A DNA stretch of 28,859 nt from the IMG/VR virus record IMGVR_UViG_3300045988_070385; one strand, written 5' to 3'. The notes under the pieces are model-generated. The model was given only the letters and a program-made list of their open reading frames with translations, ran no database searches and was not told the DNA's origin. Position 1 is the first letter of the stretch; every line of letters begins with the position of its first letter. Positions 14,290-24,048 of the stretch are shown here, one piece after another. Origin of the DNA: a virus. Position numbers and translations under genes: made by a program.

Positions 14290-16689
14290 ATGGCGCAAGC
14301 GGGTGAAATTCGTTTCGATGCCGTTATAGACACTAGCGGCTATGAAAAAGGCGTGAAGGACATCCAGAACGCCACAGACGATATTAAAGAATCAGCGGAG
14401 AAGGCGGACAAGGCCACCGAAGACGTTGGTAAGAACGGTGGTAAGAACGCGCCAAGTATTAAGGACGCGTTCAGTAAAACGTTCGACGGGATTGGTGAAC
14501 TTGCTGACGGGCTAGGGTTGAGTCTGCCTAGCAAGCTTGTGAAAGTCGCGAGTATTGGTGGCGCTCTTGCCGCTGTTGGTGGCGTGTTCAAGACTGGTAT
14601 TGACACGGCTATTAGTCAGATTGATGTGCAAGGCACTTTGGACGCCCAGTTAGGTAAGGGTAGTGTGGCCGCACAGAATGCTGGCAAGGTAGCTGGAGAA
14701 CTCTACCGTCAAGGCTGGGGGGAAAGCTTGGAAGACGTGGCTAATGTCGCGTCTAACGTCAGTTCTGTGATTCGTGGTATCGGTGAGGGTGATTTGAACA
14801 CTGTCACGAAGGCTACGGAAGTGTGGGCGCAAACGTTCGACGCGGACGCGGGCGAAAGCGTGCGTGGCGTAAAAGTGTTGATGGAAAAATTCGGTTTGAG
14901 CGCTCAGGATGCCACCGACCTTATGACCAAAGGTATGCAAAACGGCTTGAACTATACGGACGAACTCGCGGATAATCTGAGCGAGTATGGTGGCCGGTGG
15001 GCTGAAGCCGGAACAAGCGCGCAAGAATATTTCTCACTGCTTCAGGCTGGCGTGGATAGTGGAGCCTACCAATTGGACAAGGTGGGCGACTTCCTGAACG
15101 AATTTCTAACCTCACTTACGGACGGTCGTATAGAGCAGAGTATTGGAGAGTTCTCGAAGGGCACTCAGGACGTTTTCAAAAGTTTCCAGGACGGTAAGGC
15201 CACTGCGGAAGACGTGTTGAATGCGGTCATTGGTGAGATGGGCACCATGACCGATAAAACCAAGGAAGCTAGTCTAGCGTCAACGCTTTGGTCTAGTCTT
15301 GGTGAGGATAACGCGCTTGGCATGATCGAAGCTCTCGGCAACGTGCCTAATTCTTATGAGAATATTAAGGGCGCGACCGATGAGGCGGCAGATAGCACTA
15401 TGGGCATCGGTCAACAGTGGGAAGCGTTCAAACGCACTATGGCCGGTACACTGGGTGACGCGTTCACACCATTTGTTAAGGAATTCCTAGACGGTTTGAC
15501 TGACATGACGGGGAAGTTTACCGACTTCGTGAACAATACCGATTGGAGTGGGTTAGCCAATATTCTGGGTAGTGTTGGTAGTGTTGTCGGCAAGGCGTTC
15601 GAAGCAGTCGGCAATTCAATCCAGCCAGCGCTTGACCTCCTGAAAGCATTTTCCGATTGGTTTAGCGCGAATAGCACGTGGATTGTTTCAACACTTGTTG
15701 GTATCGGTGCCGGTTTTGCCGTGTTCAAGACAGCGCAAATCATTAGTACCGTGGTCGGTTTTCTTCAGTCGTTCAGTCTTGCGGAGACTGCCGCTACGGT
15801 AGCGCAATGGTTGTTTAACGCGGCTATGGCGGCTAATCCGATGGTGTTGGTTATCACGCTATTGGCGGCGCTTGTGGCTGGGTTGGTTTACTTTTTCACG
15901 CAGACTGACGCGGGTAAGCAAGCATGGCAGGACTTCTGTCAGACCATGCAAGACTTGTGGCAAAATCTGTGCGACTTCTTCCAAAACATTTGGGATAACA
16001 TTACTAAGTTTTTCACGGACGCTGGGACGAACATTCAAAACGCGTGGAATGCTGTCACTGATTGGTTTAGCGGTATCCCCGGCAGAATCAAGGGTTTCTT
16101 CAATGATATTGGCGCATGGTTCGGTAGCAAGTTCCAAGAAGTCAAGGACGCTATAGTCAACCGTTTCAACGCGGCTATTGATTTTATCACGGGTATCCCC
16201 GGTAGAATCAAGAACTGTTTCAATGGGTCTGTGAACTGGCTGAAGGACGCTGGCGGCAATATTGTTCGTGGTCTTTGGAATGGTATCAGTGACATGTTCG
16301 GTTGGGTGCGGAGTAATATTCTTGGCTTCGGTGGCAATATCGTCAAGTGGGCTAAGCAAGCGTTGGGTATTCACTCCCCGTCGCGAGTCATGGCCGAAGA
16401 GGTCGGCAAGTATATTCCTTCCGGTATCGAAATGGGTATCAAGGCTAACACTAGTGGTTTGATGGACTCGTTGGACTCGTTGAGTTTGGATATTGTGGAC
16501 GCGGTTAAGGTGCCGACTACTACTACTGCATCACTGCCGGTGTTTGACAGTTCTGCCAGTGGTGTCACGTCTGCGATTCCGCAGACTAGTATTGTTATTC
16601 AGAGTATGCAGGTGCGTTCTGATAATGATATTCGTCTGATTGCTCAGGAATTGAACCGTTTACAGAAGCGTGATATGCGGAGGGCGTGA
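14290..16689 (+). CDS. tail tape measure protein
   Basis: 799 aa, Ala/Gly-rich and helical. It has a central hydrophobic block (WIVSTLVGIGAGFAVF...LVITLLAALVAGLVYFF) and an internal repeat (ITGIPGRIK / FSGIPGRIK). Canonical position in the tail module. Confidence 0.9.
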   Translation: MAQAGEIRFDAVIDTSGYEKGVKDIQNATDDIKESAEKADKATEDVGKNGGKNAPSIKDAFSKTFDGIGELADGLGLSLPSKLVKVASIGGALAAVGGVFKTGIDTAISQIDVQGTLDAQLGKGSVAAQNAGKVAGELYRQGWGESLEDVANVASNVSSVIRGIGEGDLNTVTKATEVWAQTFDADAGESVRGVKVLMEKFGLSAQDATDLMTKGMQNGLNYTDELADNLSEYGGRWAEAGTSAQEYFSLLQAGVDSGAYQLDKVGDFLNEFLTSLTDGRIEQSIGEFSKGTQDVFKSFQDGKATAEDVLNAVIGEMGTMTDKTKEASLASTLWSSLGEDNALGMIEALGNVPNSYENIKGATDEAADSTMGIGQQWEAFKRTMAGTLGDAFTPFVKEFLDGLTDMTGKFTDFVNNTDWSGLANILGSVGSVVGKAFEAVGNSIQPALDLLKAFSDWFSANSTWIVSTLVGIGAGFAVFKTAQIISTVVGFLQSFSLAETAATVAQWLFNAAMAANPMVLVITLLAALVAGLVYFFTQTDAGKQAWQDFCQTMQDLWQNLCDFFQNIWDNITKFFTDAGTNIQNAWNAVTDWFSGIPGRIKGFFNDIGAWFGSKFQEVKDAIVNRFNAAIDFITGIPGRIKNCFNGSVNWLKDAGGNIVRGLWNGISDMFGWVRSNILGFGGNIVKWAKQALGIHSPSRVMAEEVGKYIPSGIEMGIKANTSGLMDSLDSLSLDIVDAVKVPTTTTASLPVFDSSASGVTSAIPQTSIVIQSMQVRSDNDIRLIAQELNRLQKRDMRRA

Positions 16690-16691
16690 GT

Positions 16692-17387
16692 ATGGTTGAT
16701 GTTTACTACAACAATGTGAGCCTTGCCAATCTGTTCGCGGCTGATGGTATGACATTGTGGATTGAGGATATTACAGGCCGTGGTCTGCTGAGTCCTGATG
16801 TTACCGGAGTGGATTATAAGGGTGGTGACGGCGGCAGGTTCGTGAGCCGTCGCCTGCCGGTGCGTGAGATTACCGTCTCTTTCGCCATGTTCGCTTGCAA
16901 TCTGCTTGACATGCAGGCAAAGCTGACCCATTACCTTAATATCGAGCAACCGAGCACTATCCGCTTCAGCGACCAAACCGGATACTATACCGGTATTGTT
17001 TCATCGGTCAGCCTGTCCGACGATAAGCCCACCTATTGCAGAGGCGAGTTCGTGTTTAGTTGCTATAATCCGTACCGTTACGGCGAAGCGCAACAGGTTG
17101 ATTTGGCGGAGACAATCAGCATCGATACAAATTGCACTATCCTGCCAGTCTTAACGTTCACGGCTACCGGCAAGCCGTCAATCACGGTCAACGGCGAAAC
17201 ACTGAGCATCGACAAGACGCTAACGGGTGGCGTGATTGACAGTCAGCATAATCAGGTCATGGACAACGGTAATAACCTGCTTGTGGCCGAAGTGTCCGGC
17301 ATATTCCCCCGCCTGCGTGATGTGAATCACATCGAAACCGAGAACATCAGCGGCGGCCAGTTCCGCTATCTCATGAGGTGGTTATAA
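16692..17387 (+). CDS. distal tail protein (Dit, siphovirus tail component)
   Basis: Follows the tape measure gene. The N-terminal pattern (ITGRGLLSPDVTGVDYKGGDGGRFVSRRLPVREITVSF) is typical of Sipho_tail proteins. GGAGG SD 8 nt before ATG 16692. Confidence 0.65.
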   Translation: MVDVYYNNVSLANLFAADGMTLWIEDITGRGLLSPDVTGVDYKGGDGGRFVSRRLPVREITVSFAMFACNLLDMQAKLTHYLNIEQPSTIRFSDQTGYYTGIVSSVSLSDDKPTYCRGEFVFSCYNPYRYGEAQQVDLAETISIDTNCTILPVLTFTATGKPSITVNGETLSIDKTLTGGVIDSQHNQVMDNGNNLLVAEVSGIFPRLRDVNHIETENISGGQFRYLMRWL

Positions 17388-19178
17388 ATGCAGGCTAGTG
17401 AGGTTGCATATCTTTTCGGCTTGGACGGTAAGCCGATTCGCGCGGTAAACGACGTGTCCGAGTGGACTGTGGACGAGCGTATCGACTCAACAAACCGGCT
17501 TATCGTTGACACGTCGCTGGCCGAAGCACGCGACATCGTGAGCGACATGGAGCTAGTGTTTAATGGTCGGCGGTATGTGGTGACTCAGGTTGACCGGGCG
17601 CGTGGCGATGGTATCGCGGAACTTACCGCGGACGAATGCCAGTCGGAAATGGCCAACATCGAGTTGGAGACTTACAAGTGCGAAAACCTACGCTTCGCGG
17701 ATGCTGTGAGTAAGGTGCTTGAGCCGACCTTGTGGACGGTCGGAACCATCGAAACAGACCGGCGCGTGTACGCCGATTTGCAGGGCAAGAAGGTCACGGA
17801 ACTGTTGCAATGGTTGGCGAATCTTGCCGACCTGCGTTTAGCGTTCGACTCGTACAACCGCGTGGTTGACTTCCTCCGGCCGTTGCCCTCTGAGCCGTCC
17901 CGCGTATTCACGTACGGCGATAATCTGGACGACATCAAAAAGACGGAGACCCCTCCCACGTGTACCGTCCTGCACCCGGTCGGCGCTAACGGCCTGACCG
18001 TGCGCGGCGTCAACAATGACAGCGAACTAGTGGAAGACTTCGGCTGGTACGTGAGTCTTGGCCTGAGTGAGACGGAAGCACGCAAGCGTTACACCAAACG
18101 TCAGGAATGGCAGGATGAACGCTACACGGTAGCCGCCAACCTGCTCGCGGATGCGAGGAAGAAACTTGCTGTTACAGCGTATCCGACTATCTCGTATGAC
18201 CTAACCGCGGTTGATGATATCAAAGGACTTCGCTTGGGGGAGATTGTCGCCGTGTGGGACGAGCCGTTACAGGCAAAGGTGGTCACGAAGGTCTCCGTTA
18301 TCCATCATAGTAGCGGCCATGATGACGATAGCGTGACGTTGGATTATGTTCCGCCGTCCTTCACGATTGCCACGGATACCCTGTCAGGCGACACGGATAA
18401 CACCGAGCAGGAGTCTGTGTTTCAGGCTTTCACGATGGATGATTTCACGCTCGGTAGCACCGCGCAGAGGGTGCTCCCCGTGCAATTGGACGTGTATGCT
18501 GACACGTGGCTTGAGGTGTACGCCTGTCTTAATGTCAAGACCACGACGGCTGGCGAGCTGGACGGGTATTGGCTGTTGAATGGTGAGAGGGCGGGTGCTC
18601 GTATCCAGCAGGCTTGCGAGGTCGGTTGGGTGACGATTGGTTTGCCGTTCTTGATTACTAACGTGTCGGCCAATGATTCGCTGACGCTTGACTTGTACCT
18701 GTCGCATACTGGGGCGGGTAGTATCGCTAAGAACGATGGTCAGGTGTTCATCCGTGCTCGTGGCGCTTATGGTGGCGTGAGCAATAAGCGTCCGGATACG
18801 CGCGTCGTGGATGCCGTCAGCCGTTTCATGGGCTCGTTGCGTAACGTGTCCGATTTGGCTACTGTCTCGTTCCCCGAACTGTACAAGCTTCCTGTATCTG
18901 ATTCCGTTGCGCGTTTCATGGGGCCGTTGCGTAACGTGTCGGATACGCTTCAGCCGTTTGTCTGGCTTTCGGATGATAAGCACACTATAAGCGTGTCTAA
19001 TGCTGATGATGGCGACGTGTTCACGCTTGCGAACGATGATTCGTCTTGGACTGTTGGGATGCCGCCCGTGGTTGACGGGTCTACGAGTCTGGACGTTTCC
19101 GCAGTGTCGGGAGTTCCAGCGGGCACGTACAAGCTGACAATTGTAGAATTGGGTGTAGGCGTTACCGTTACGATTTAG
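17388..19178 (+). CDS. tail-associated protein (Tal / phage minor structural protein N-terminal domain)
   Basis: Follows Dit. N-terminal region FNGRRYVVTQVDRARGDGIAELTADECQSEM. The C-terminus contains a duplicated ARFMGxLRNVSD motif. Confidence 0.65.
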   Translation: MQASEVAYLFGLDGKPIRAVNDVSEWTVDERIDSTNRLIVDTSLAEARDIVSDMELVFNGRRYVVTQVDRARGDGIAELTADECQSEMANIELETYKCENLRFADAVSKVLEPTLWTVGTIETDRRVYADLQGKKVTELLQWLANLADLRLAFDSYNRVVDFLRPLPSEPSRVFTYGDNLDDIKKTETPPTCTVLHPVGANGLTVRGVNNDSELVEDFGWYVSLGLSETEARKRYTKRQEWQDERYTVAANLLADARKKLAVTAYPTISYDLTAVDDIKGLRLGEIVAVWDEPLQAKVVTKVSVIHHSSGHDDDSVTLDYVPPSFTIATDTLSGDTDNTEQESVFQAFTMDDFTLGSTAQRVLPVQLDVYADTWLEVYACLNVKTTTAGELDGYWLLNGERAGARIQQACEVGWVTIGLPFLITNVSANDSLTLDLYLSHTGAGSIAKNDGQVFIRARGAYGGVSNKRPDTRVVDAVSRFMGSLRNVSDLATVSFPELYKLPVSDSVARFMGPLRNVSDTLQPFVWLSDDKHTISVSNADDGDVFTLANDDSSWTVGMPPVVDGSTSLDVSAVSGVPAGTYKLTIVELGVGVTVTI

Positions 19179-19192
19179 GAGGATACAATATA

Positions 19193-20443
19193 ATGGCGGT
19201 TGATTTCGTGTCACGTGTGGACCCTGATTTTAAGGTGCACGGTCACGTGAAGGTGGAAGTACGGAATATTGATGGGAGTCTCGCGCAGTGCGAGGAACAC
19301 GACAATTATGTGAGCCCGTTTGTTTATGGTGCGTTGCGTAAGGTCACGAACAGTCGTTTCATGCAACTGGAGCACGTTGATGCAACTGATACTAAAGTGG
19401 CTACCGACCTTGCCTATATCGGCGGTATCTACATGAGCAAAGGGCTTAACACCGGCCTGACGTTGACGGATTATTCTGGCGTGGCGAACGAGCGCGAGCG
19501 TGTAATCCACGGTAACGCGTTGGCTTTTGGCGGGTATGGTGCGAGCAGTAGCGACACTAATAAGGGTTCGTTCAACCCTCTCGAAAGCTATCAGAAGGCG
19601 AACTCGCAGCGTTTCGTCTATGATTTCGCTACCAATCAGGCGAACGGCTCGTTTCAGAGCGTGTACACCACCATGCAGACCAGTGATTTCGACTACATTT
19701 ACAGCGGCGGACTGCTGTATAAAAATGTGAACTTTAGCAAAGGTATCGTTAACGATGGTAAGACGCTTATTTACCAGTATGCGGGTGGCGTGACTTTTGT
19801 GACAATTGATGAGTTTATCAATTGGATTCAGGGCGGTGCCGCGATTTTTACCGACCATCCTTTACGTGAGTTCAGTGATTTTTCGCGTATCGCGCTCCGG
19901 CATGGCGAGTTATGGTGGACATGTTATGACCTGTACGTGTATCATGCTCCTCTCTCCGATTTGGCGAACCCGACGAAGGTCACGACGGGTAATTATGTGT
20001 ATTCGGTTTGCTGGCATCCTAAGCGTGACACGTTCTTCACCGTCGAAACAGTATCGGGTACGAATAAGCTTGTCGAACGTTCCACGGCTTTCGCACAGCT
20101 TCGCATGTTCACTATCCCAGATACGCCCAGTAGCAATACCGATTTGACCGCCTTGCCTGAAGAGGATTCGATTATCATCGGCGGGCGTGTGTTCGACATT
20201 GACGATAACGCGAACGTACTGCAACCCCGGCAGAAATGGTTTGGCTCTTACGGTACTGCGTATTCGACTTTTCATGGGTGTTTCATGGGTGATTTCCTGC
20301 TCGATAACTATTACCTTGGTCTGGACTTGGGCACGCAGTACTTCAGCCGCGCACGCTTGGATAACCCCGTGACCAAAAACAGTCGGCAGACCATGAAGAT
20401 AACCTATGATTTCACCATGCCTGCTATCGAATGGGACGCGTGA
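19193..20443 (+). CDS. putative receptor-binding / baseplate protein
   Basis: AGGAGG SD and a position as the last structural gene before the lysis cassette. No motif recognised. Confidence 0.4.
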   Translation: MAVDFVSRVDPDFKVHGHVKVEVRNIDGSLAQCEEHDNYVSPFVYGALRKVTNSRFMQLEHVDATDTKVATDLAYIGGIYMSKGLNTGLTLTDYSGVANERERVIHGNALAFGGYGASSSDTNKGSFNPLESYQKANSQRFVYDFATNQANGSFQSVYTTMQTSDFDYIYSGGLLYKNVNFSKGIVNDGKTLIYQYAGGVTFVTIDEFINWIQGGAAIFTDHPLREFSDFSRIALRHGELWWTCYDLYVYHAPLSDLANPTKVTTGNYVYSVCWHPKRDTFFTVETVSGTNKLVERSTAFAQLRMFTIPDTPSSNTDLTALPEEDSIIIGGRVFDIDDNANVLQPRQKWFGSYGTAYSTFHGCFMGDFLLDNYYLGLDLGTQYFSRARLDNPVTKNSRQTMKITYDFTMPAIEWDA

Positions 20444-20742
20444 TGGGGACGGCTGTTATTTGCGCGATTCTCGGCAGTCAGACGGTGACTATTATCGTGC
20501 AATGGGTGTTGAATAGAATCGATGCGAAACGCAACCCATTACGCGAGGGTGTGAAAGAACTCTTGTTCTGCAAGCTGAAACAGTTTGACGAACAGCGGGA
20601 GCATAACGGTTTCGTGCCCATCGCGGACAAGGAAACAGTCGAACGCGTCTACACAGCCTACCATGCTTTAGGTGGTAATGGTGTGGGCACTGAAATAACT
20701 AACAAGATTCGTACTTGCGCAAGCAGTAGGGAGGGAAAATGA
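20443..20742 (+). CDS. N-terminally membrane-anchored protein adjacent to the lysis cassette
   Basis: One N-terminal hydrophobic span (TAVICAILGSQTVTIIVQWVL). Coupled to the genes on both sides. An alternative start is 20431. Confidence 0.45.
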   Translation: MGTAVICAILGSQTVTIIVQWVLNRIDAKRNPLREGVKELLFCKLKQFDEQREHNGFVPIADKETVERVYTAYHALGGNGVGTEITNKIRTCASSREGK

Positions 20743-21977
20743 AACAAAAGCCGAAACATAAGCGGTTTAAGCGGAGCATGGTCAAGCCGGTTGCCGGTTT
20801 GGCGTTGAGTGCGACTATCATGCTTTCGCCTAGCGTGGCGTTGGCGAACATGAATGGAGTGGACGTGAGCGGATGGCAACCCGCGAACATTACGCGCATC
20901 GTTCCAGGTGACTTCATGATTGTGAAGGCCACGGAGGGTGTGAATTTCACTAACTCTCATTGGGTGAGTCAGATCACGGGTGCGATTGAGACGAATAAGG
21001 TTCATGGCCTGTATCATTATGCGGACGGTGGTAACGCGATTGCGGAAGCCGACTATTTCGTGAACACTATCGGCTCGTATGTTGGCCGTTCCATGCTCGT
21101 GTTGGACTGGGAGAGCTACCGTAACGCGTCATGGGGTAACGGTAATTGGGTTCGCGAGTGGGTTAATCGCGTGCATGATCGTACTAGTGTCTGGCCTGTG
21201 GTTTATGTGCAAGCGTCCGCCGTGTGGCAGATTCCGCAAGACGTGCGCGCCCACTGTATGCTGTGGAAAGCTCAGTATGCGAGCAATGCCGTCACTGGCT
21301 ATCAGTCTCAGCCGTGGAATGCTGGCAGTGCTGGCGAGGGTATGTTGCAATACACGTCTCACGGTATGTTGAGTGGCTATAATGGTTTCCTTGACCTTGA
21401 CTTGTTCTTCGGGGATAAGACCGCTTGGGGTCGGATTGCCTGTGGTGAACGTAGTGGGTGCGTGCCTAATTCGTTCGCTAATACTGGCACCATAACGACG
21501 GTCATGCATGACACACCGAACACCACACCTAACGGTGATGTGAATCAGATGGCGAACGACGTTATCGCGGGCAGATACGGTAATGGCGCGACACGCAAGG
21601 CTTTACTGGGCGGCTATTATGATTCGGTCATGAGGATTGTTAATAATCGTCTTGGATGCGGTACGGCTCAATCCTCTGCGCAATGCGTTTACGTCCAGTC
21701 TGGTGATACGTTGAGTTCGATTGCCTCCCGTTATGGTGGCAGTTGGAATGAGTGGACGGGCTACCGTTCCGGTAATCCGAACATCATTTATGCTGGTGAG
21801 CGTGTTTGCCGTCGCGGGTCTAGCGTTTACACTGGGGGAGCACGTCGTTATACCGTCCGGTCTGGTGACACGTTGAGCGGTATCGCGGCGCGATATAAGA
21901 TTAATGTGAGTCAGATTAAGGGCTATCGTTCGGGTAATCCTAACGTGATTTATCCGGGCGAGACCTTGTATTGGTGA
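20739..21977 (+). CDS. endolysin: signal peptide + GH25 muramidase + two LysM repeats
   Basis: Basic N-terminus, hydrophobic core and VALA-N cleavage-like site. GH25 pattern (GVDVSGWQ..., IVKATEG, GLYHY, LDWE, LWKAQY). Two LysM-like repeats (YVQSGDTLSSIASRYG...; YTVRSGDTLSGIAARY...). Confidence 0.9.
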   Translation: MKQKPKHKRFKRSMVKPVAGLALSATIMLSPSVALANMNGVDVSGWQPANITRIVPGDFMIVKATEGVNFTNSHWVSQITGAIETNKVHGLYHYADGGNAIAEADYFVNTIGSYVGRSMLVLDWESYRNASWGNGNWVREWVNRVHDRTSVWPVVYVQASAVWQIPQDVRAHCMLWKAQYASNAVTGYQSQPWNAGSAGEGMLQYTSHGMLSGYNGFLDLDLFFGDKTAWGRIACGERSGCVPNSFANTGTITTVMHDTPNTTPNGDVNQMANDVIAGRYGNGATRKALLGGYYDSVMRIVNNRLGCGTAQSSAQCVYVQSGDTLSSIASRYGGSWNEWTGYRSGNPNIIYAGERVCRRGSSVYTGGARRYTVRSGDTLSGIAARYKINVSQIKGYRSGNPNVIYPGETLYW

Positions 21978-21987
21978 AAGGGTGATT

Positions 21988-22287
21988 ATGGATATTACGC
22001 AGGCTGAGACTATTGCTGTTGCTATCGTCGGTTTGGTCGCTCCCGTGTTCGTGCAGGTTGTTAAACCTATTCTGCCGGATAACATGACCGCCTTGTTTAG
22101 TCTCGCGGTCAGTGTCGTGCTGGGCATGTTGGCTATCGCGGCTGTTGGCGGGTTCAACCACGGTTACACGTGTGGTGTTCTCCTTGTTGCTGTGATTGGT
22201 GTGTCGCAGACGGTTTACACTGCTGTTAATCAGGTGATGGGCGGCAAGCTCGGCAAAACGTTTGTTGACGAAAATAAGTTGGCCTAG
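21988..22287 (+). CDS. holin (three predicted hydrophobic segments)
   Basis: Three hydrophobic stretches, small size, a charged C-terminus and a position directly after the endolysin. SD GAAAGGGTG. Confidence 0.6.
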   Translation: MDITQAETIAVAIVGLVAPVFVQVVKPILPDNMTALFSLAVSVVLGMLAIAAVGGFNHGYTCGVLLVAVIGVSQTVYTAVNQVMGGKLGKTFVDENKLA

Positions 22288-22341
22288 TATAATGTGAAGT
22301 GCTGAAAGTTTTGGCGATTGACTTTTAGTGCTGTCATTGAT

Positions 22342-22383
22342 AAGCCGCACGGTTTCCTTTCACCGTGCGGCTTCTCCTTTTTT
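22342..22383 (+). terminator. Rho-independent terminator at the convergence point of the two arms
   Basis: AAGCCGCACGG-10 nt-CCGTGCGGCTT followed by CTCCTTTTTT. Confidence 0.7.
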
Positions 22384-22723
22384 AAATGTCTTTCAACCCG
22401 CCCCACGTTTGCACTGGGATGCTTTCAGGTCGTGCGAATCCTGAAACGATTAATCCCAGTCGTTCGGCTTCTTTCACGTTCTCATGCACCCAACCGTGGC
22501 AACCGGTGGTACCTGACCCGCAGAGGGTTATGAGGTTCGAACTGGAATGCATTCCAGCATAGGGGTGCGATCGTAAGCGCCGGTGGTGGATGGAGTAGCC
22601 GAAGGGCGTGTATCTTATGTCCCGCCCGCATCTTACACACCGGTAGTGGTCGCGTTCCAACACGAGTTGGCGGGTTTCTTCGGTCGGGTTTTTCTCTTTT
22701 GGTTTGCCTTCTTTCGCTAGCAT
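22382..22723 (-). CDS. HNH endonuclease
   Basis: RDHYRCVRCG...IHHR...NLITLC...CHGWVH (HNH/zinc-finger pattern). GGAG SD before ATG 22723. TAATG overlap with the upstream gene. Confidence 0.85.
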   Translation of the reverse strand: MLAKEGKPKEKNPTEETRQLVLERDHYRCVRCGRDIRYTPFGYSIHHRRLRSHPYAGMHSSSNLITLCGSGTTGCHGWVHENVKEAERLGLIVSGFARPESIPVQTWGGLKDI

Positions 22724-22929
22724 TATTTCTCCGATTGCTCCACGCAAAATTCTGCTAATTGCGCGAGTGCAACCCCCAGCATGGCGTAGCTTTCCTTGCT
22801 GAGGGTTGCGGCTTCACCAATCGTGTAGGTTTGTTTTTCCTTATTGGTGGTGTAGCGTAGTTTTTCTTCCACCATTGAGTCGGCTAGTTCAACGCTGACA
22901 TGCATAATAAATTCTGGCATGTTTTTCAT
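22723..22929 (-). CDS. hypothetical protein, 68 aa
   Basis: ORF with GGGAGGAAACAAAATG upstream. Translationally coupled on both sides. Confidence 0.55.
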   Translation of the reverse strand: MKNMPEFIMHVSVELADSMVEEKLRYTTNKEKQTYTIGEAATLSKESYAMLGVALAQLAEFCVEQSEK

Positions 22930-23087
22930 TTTGTTTCCTCCCTTGGTTGAAATGATGCGACTTGTTCGCCTTCATCATCAAAAATTGTTGCGACGACTCC
23001 GTGTTCCGCTGATTTTCTTGCCGTGGCCACGGCTTGCCTGAATGTGACGCATACATAATCGACGCCGTTGAATCTTACTACATACAT
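22926..23087 (-). CDS. hypothetical protein, 53 aa (first gene after hairpin H4)
   Basis: Translated by eye: MYVVRFNGVDYVCVTFRQAVATARKSAEHGVVATIFDDEGEQVASFQPREETK. GAAAGGAA SD. ATGA overlap with the next gene. Confidence 0.45.
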   Translation of the reverse strand: MYVVRFNGVDYVCVTFRQAVATARKSAEHGVVATIFDDEGEQVASFQPREETK

Positions 23088-23109
23088 GTTTTATTCCTTT
23101 CAGTTGGGT

Positions 23110-23131
23110 GCCCCGCCCTTGCGGGCGGGGC
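23110..23131 (-). repeat. conserved GC hairpin H4, copy 4 of 4
   Basis: The same 22-nt core as H1-H3. It lies 8 nt after the stop at 23140 and 22 nt before the ATG at 23087. Confidence 0.85.
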
Positions 23132-23139
23132 GGGTGGTG

Positions 23140-23376
23140 TCAGTCGCAGAGTTCTTCAATCTGTGCTTTATATGTGGTGTCATAGCTGGTTTCATGGAAC
23201 TTGTTGACACGTCCGAACGTGAAACCGTATTTGCGTTCACATTTGCGACGGATTGAACGGAGAATGTTCTTTGTTTCCACCGCTTCACTGTAGAACGTGT
23301 AGAAGGCGTCAAGTTCCGGGATGTCGATGGTTTGTTTTCCGTCGAAGTAGTTGATGTTGATTGTTGCGGTGGTCAT
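23140..23376 (-). CDS. cassette small ORF 4, 78-aa hypothetical protein
   Basis: The ATG directly follows promoter/UTR module D, and the ORF is followed by hairpin H4. Confidence 0.6.
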   Translation of the reverse strand: MTTATININYFDGKQTIDIPELDAFYTFYSEAVETKNILRSIRRKCERKYGFTFGRVNKFHETSYDTTYKAQIEELCD

Positions 23377-23441
23377 TTTGATTTGTCCTTCCTTGCTTGG
23401 TTGATAGTTTTATAATACATCACTTGGTTATGCGACACGCC
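23377..23441 (-). promoter_or_regulatory. conserved promoter/5'UTR module, copy D
   Basis: Minus strand reads CGGCGTGTCG-N14-GTATTATAAAACTATCAACCAAGCAAGGAAGGACAAATCAAA-ATG. Confidence 0.55.
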
Positions 23442-23707
23442 GAGCGTTCGACAAACACGCCCCAACACATCGGATACTTCAGCGGCACCAATCGGGATAC
23501 GCGATAATCAGCGCCATACCGTACTTCGGCAAGTCGCATGATAAATTGGTGGGCTCGCTCACGACCTTGGGCAACCCTCTTGTCGTACCCACGCTTACGT
23601 TTAACCCAACCGTCGGCGGTACGCTCGTACACCTCCCAGACGACCCCGATTGCGGAGTAGTGCGCCATCACCTTATAGTCATAGGCGTCAACGTTCTTAT
23701 ACTTCAT
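23420..23707 (-). CDS. hypothetical protein, 95 aa
   Basis: Strong AAGGGAGG SD before ATG 23707. The C-terminal ...ERSACRITK is encoded by the conserved promoter-module DNA. Confidence 0.55.
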   Translation of the reverse strand: MKYKNVDAYDYKVMAHYSAIGVVWEVYERTADGWVKRKRGYDKRVAQGRERAHQFIMRLAEVRYGADYRVSRLVPLKYPMCWGVFVERSACRITK

Positions 23708-23718
23708 TGCATCCTCCC

Positions 23719-24048
23719 TTAATACATTTCCGCAATATGACGGGTGAACGCGCATACGCTCACTGCCGTGAGATAGCCACGTAATCCCGTCTTCCTCGCC
23801 ATGAGGAGCCACACGGGGAAAGTGATGAAGGGAGCGAGACACCAACCGCATGTGGCGAGATTTCGTAGACTGTCAGCCTGTAATGCCTCGTGTGTCTGCC
23901 CCTTCGCATCATACTGCGCTTCGATCGTATTGCAGGCTTCCAGCCATGCTCTGCGCGCCTGTTGCAGACCATGCCCGAAACCGTCCGTGAGCTGGACGCA
24001 AGTGTTGAGGTATCCGGCGACTAGTCCGGCCTGCACTGCCTTGTTCAT
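23719..24048 (-). CDS. hypothetical protein with C-terminal hydrophobic segment, 109 aa
   Basis: AAAGGAG SD and ATGA overlap with the upstream small ORF. Hydrophobic stretch CGWCLAPFITFPVWLLM. Confidence 0.5.
   Translation of the reverse strand: MNKAVQAGLVAGYLNTCVQLTDGFGHGLQQARRAWLEACNTIEAQYDAKGQTHEALQADSLRNLATCGWCLAPFITFPVWLLMARKTGLRGYLTAVSVCAFTRHIAEMY

Noticed and set aside
22382-22723. The HNH endonuclease considered as part of an HK97-style HNH-terminase-cos packaging unit.
   Set aside because: It sits at the distal end of the leftward arm, about 10 kb from the terminase genes on the circular map and on the opposite strand. The association therefore cannot be supported by position.
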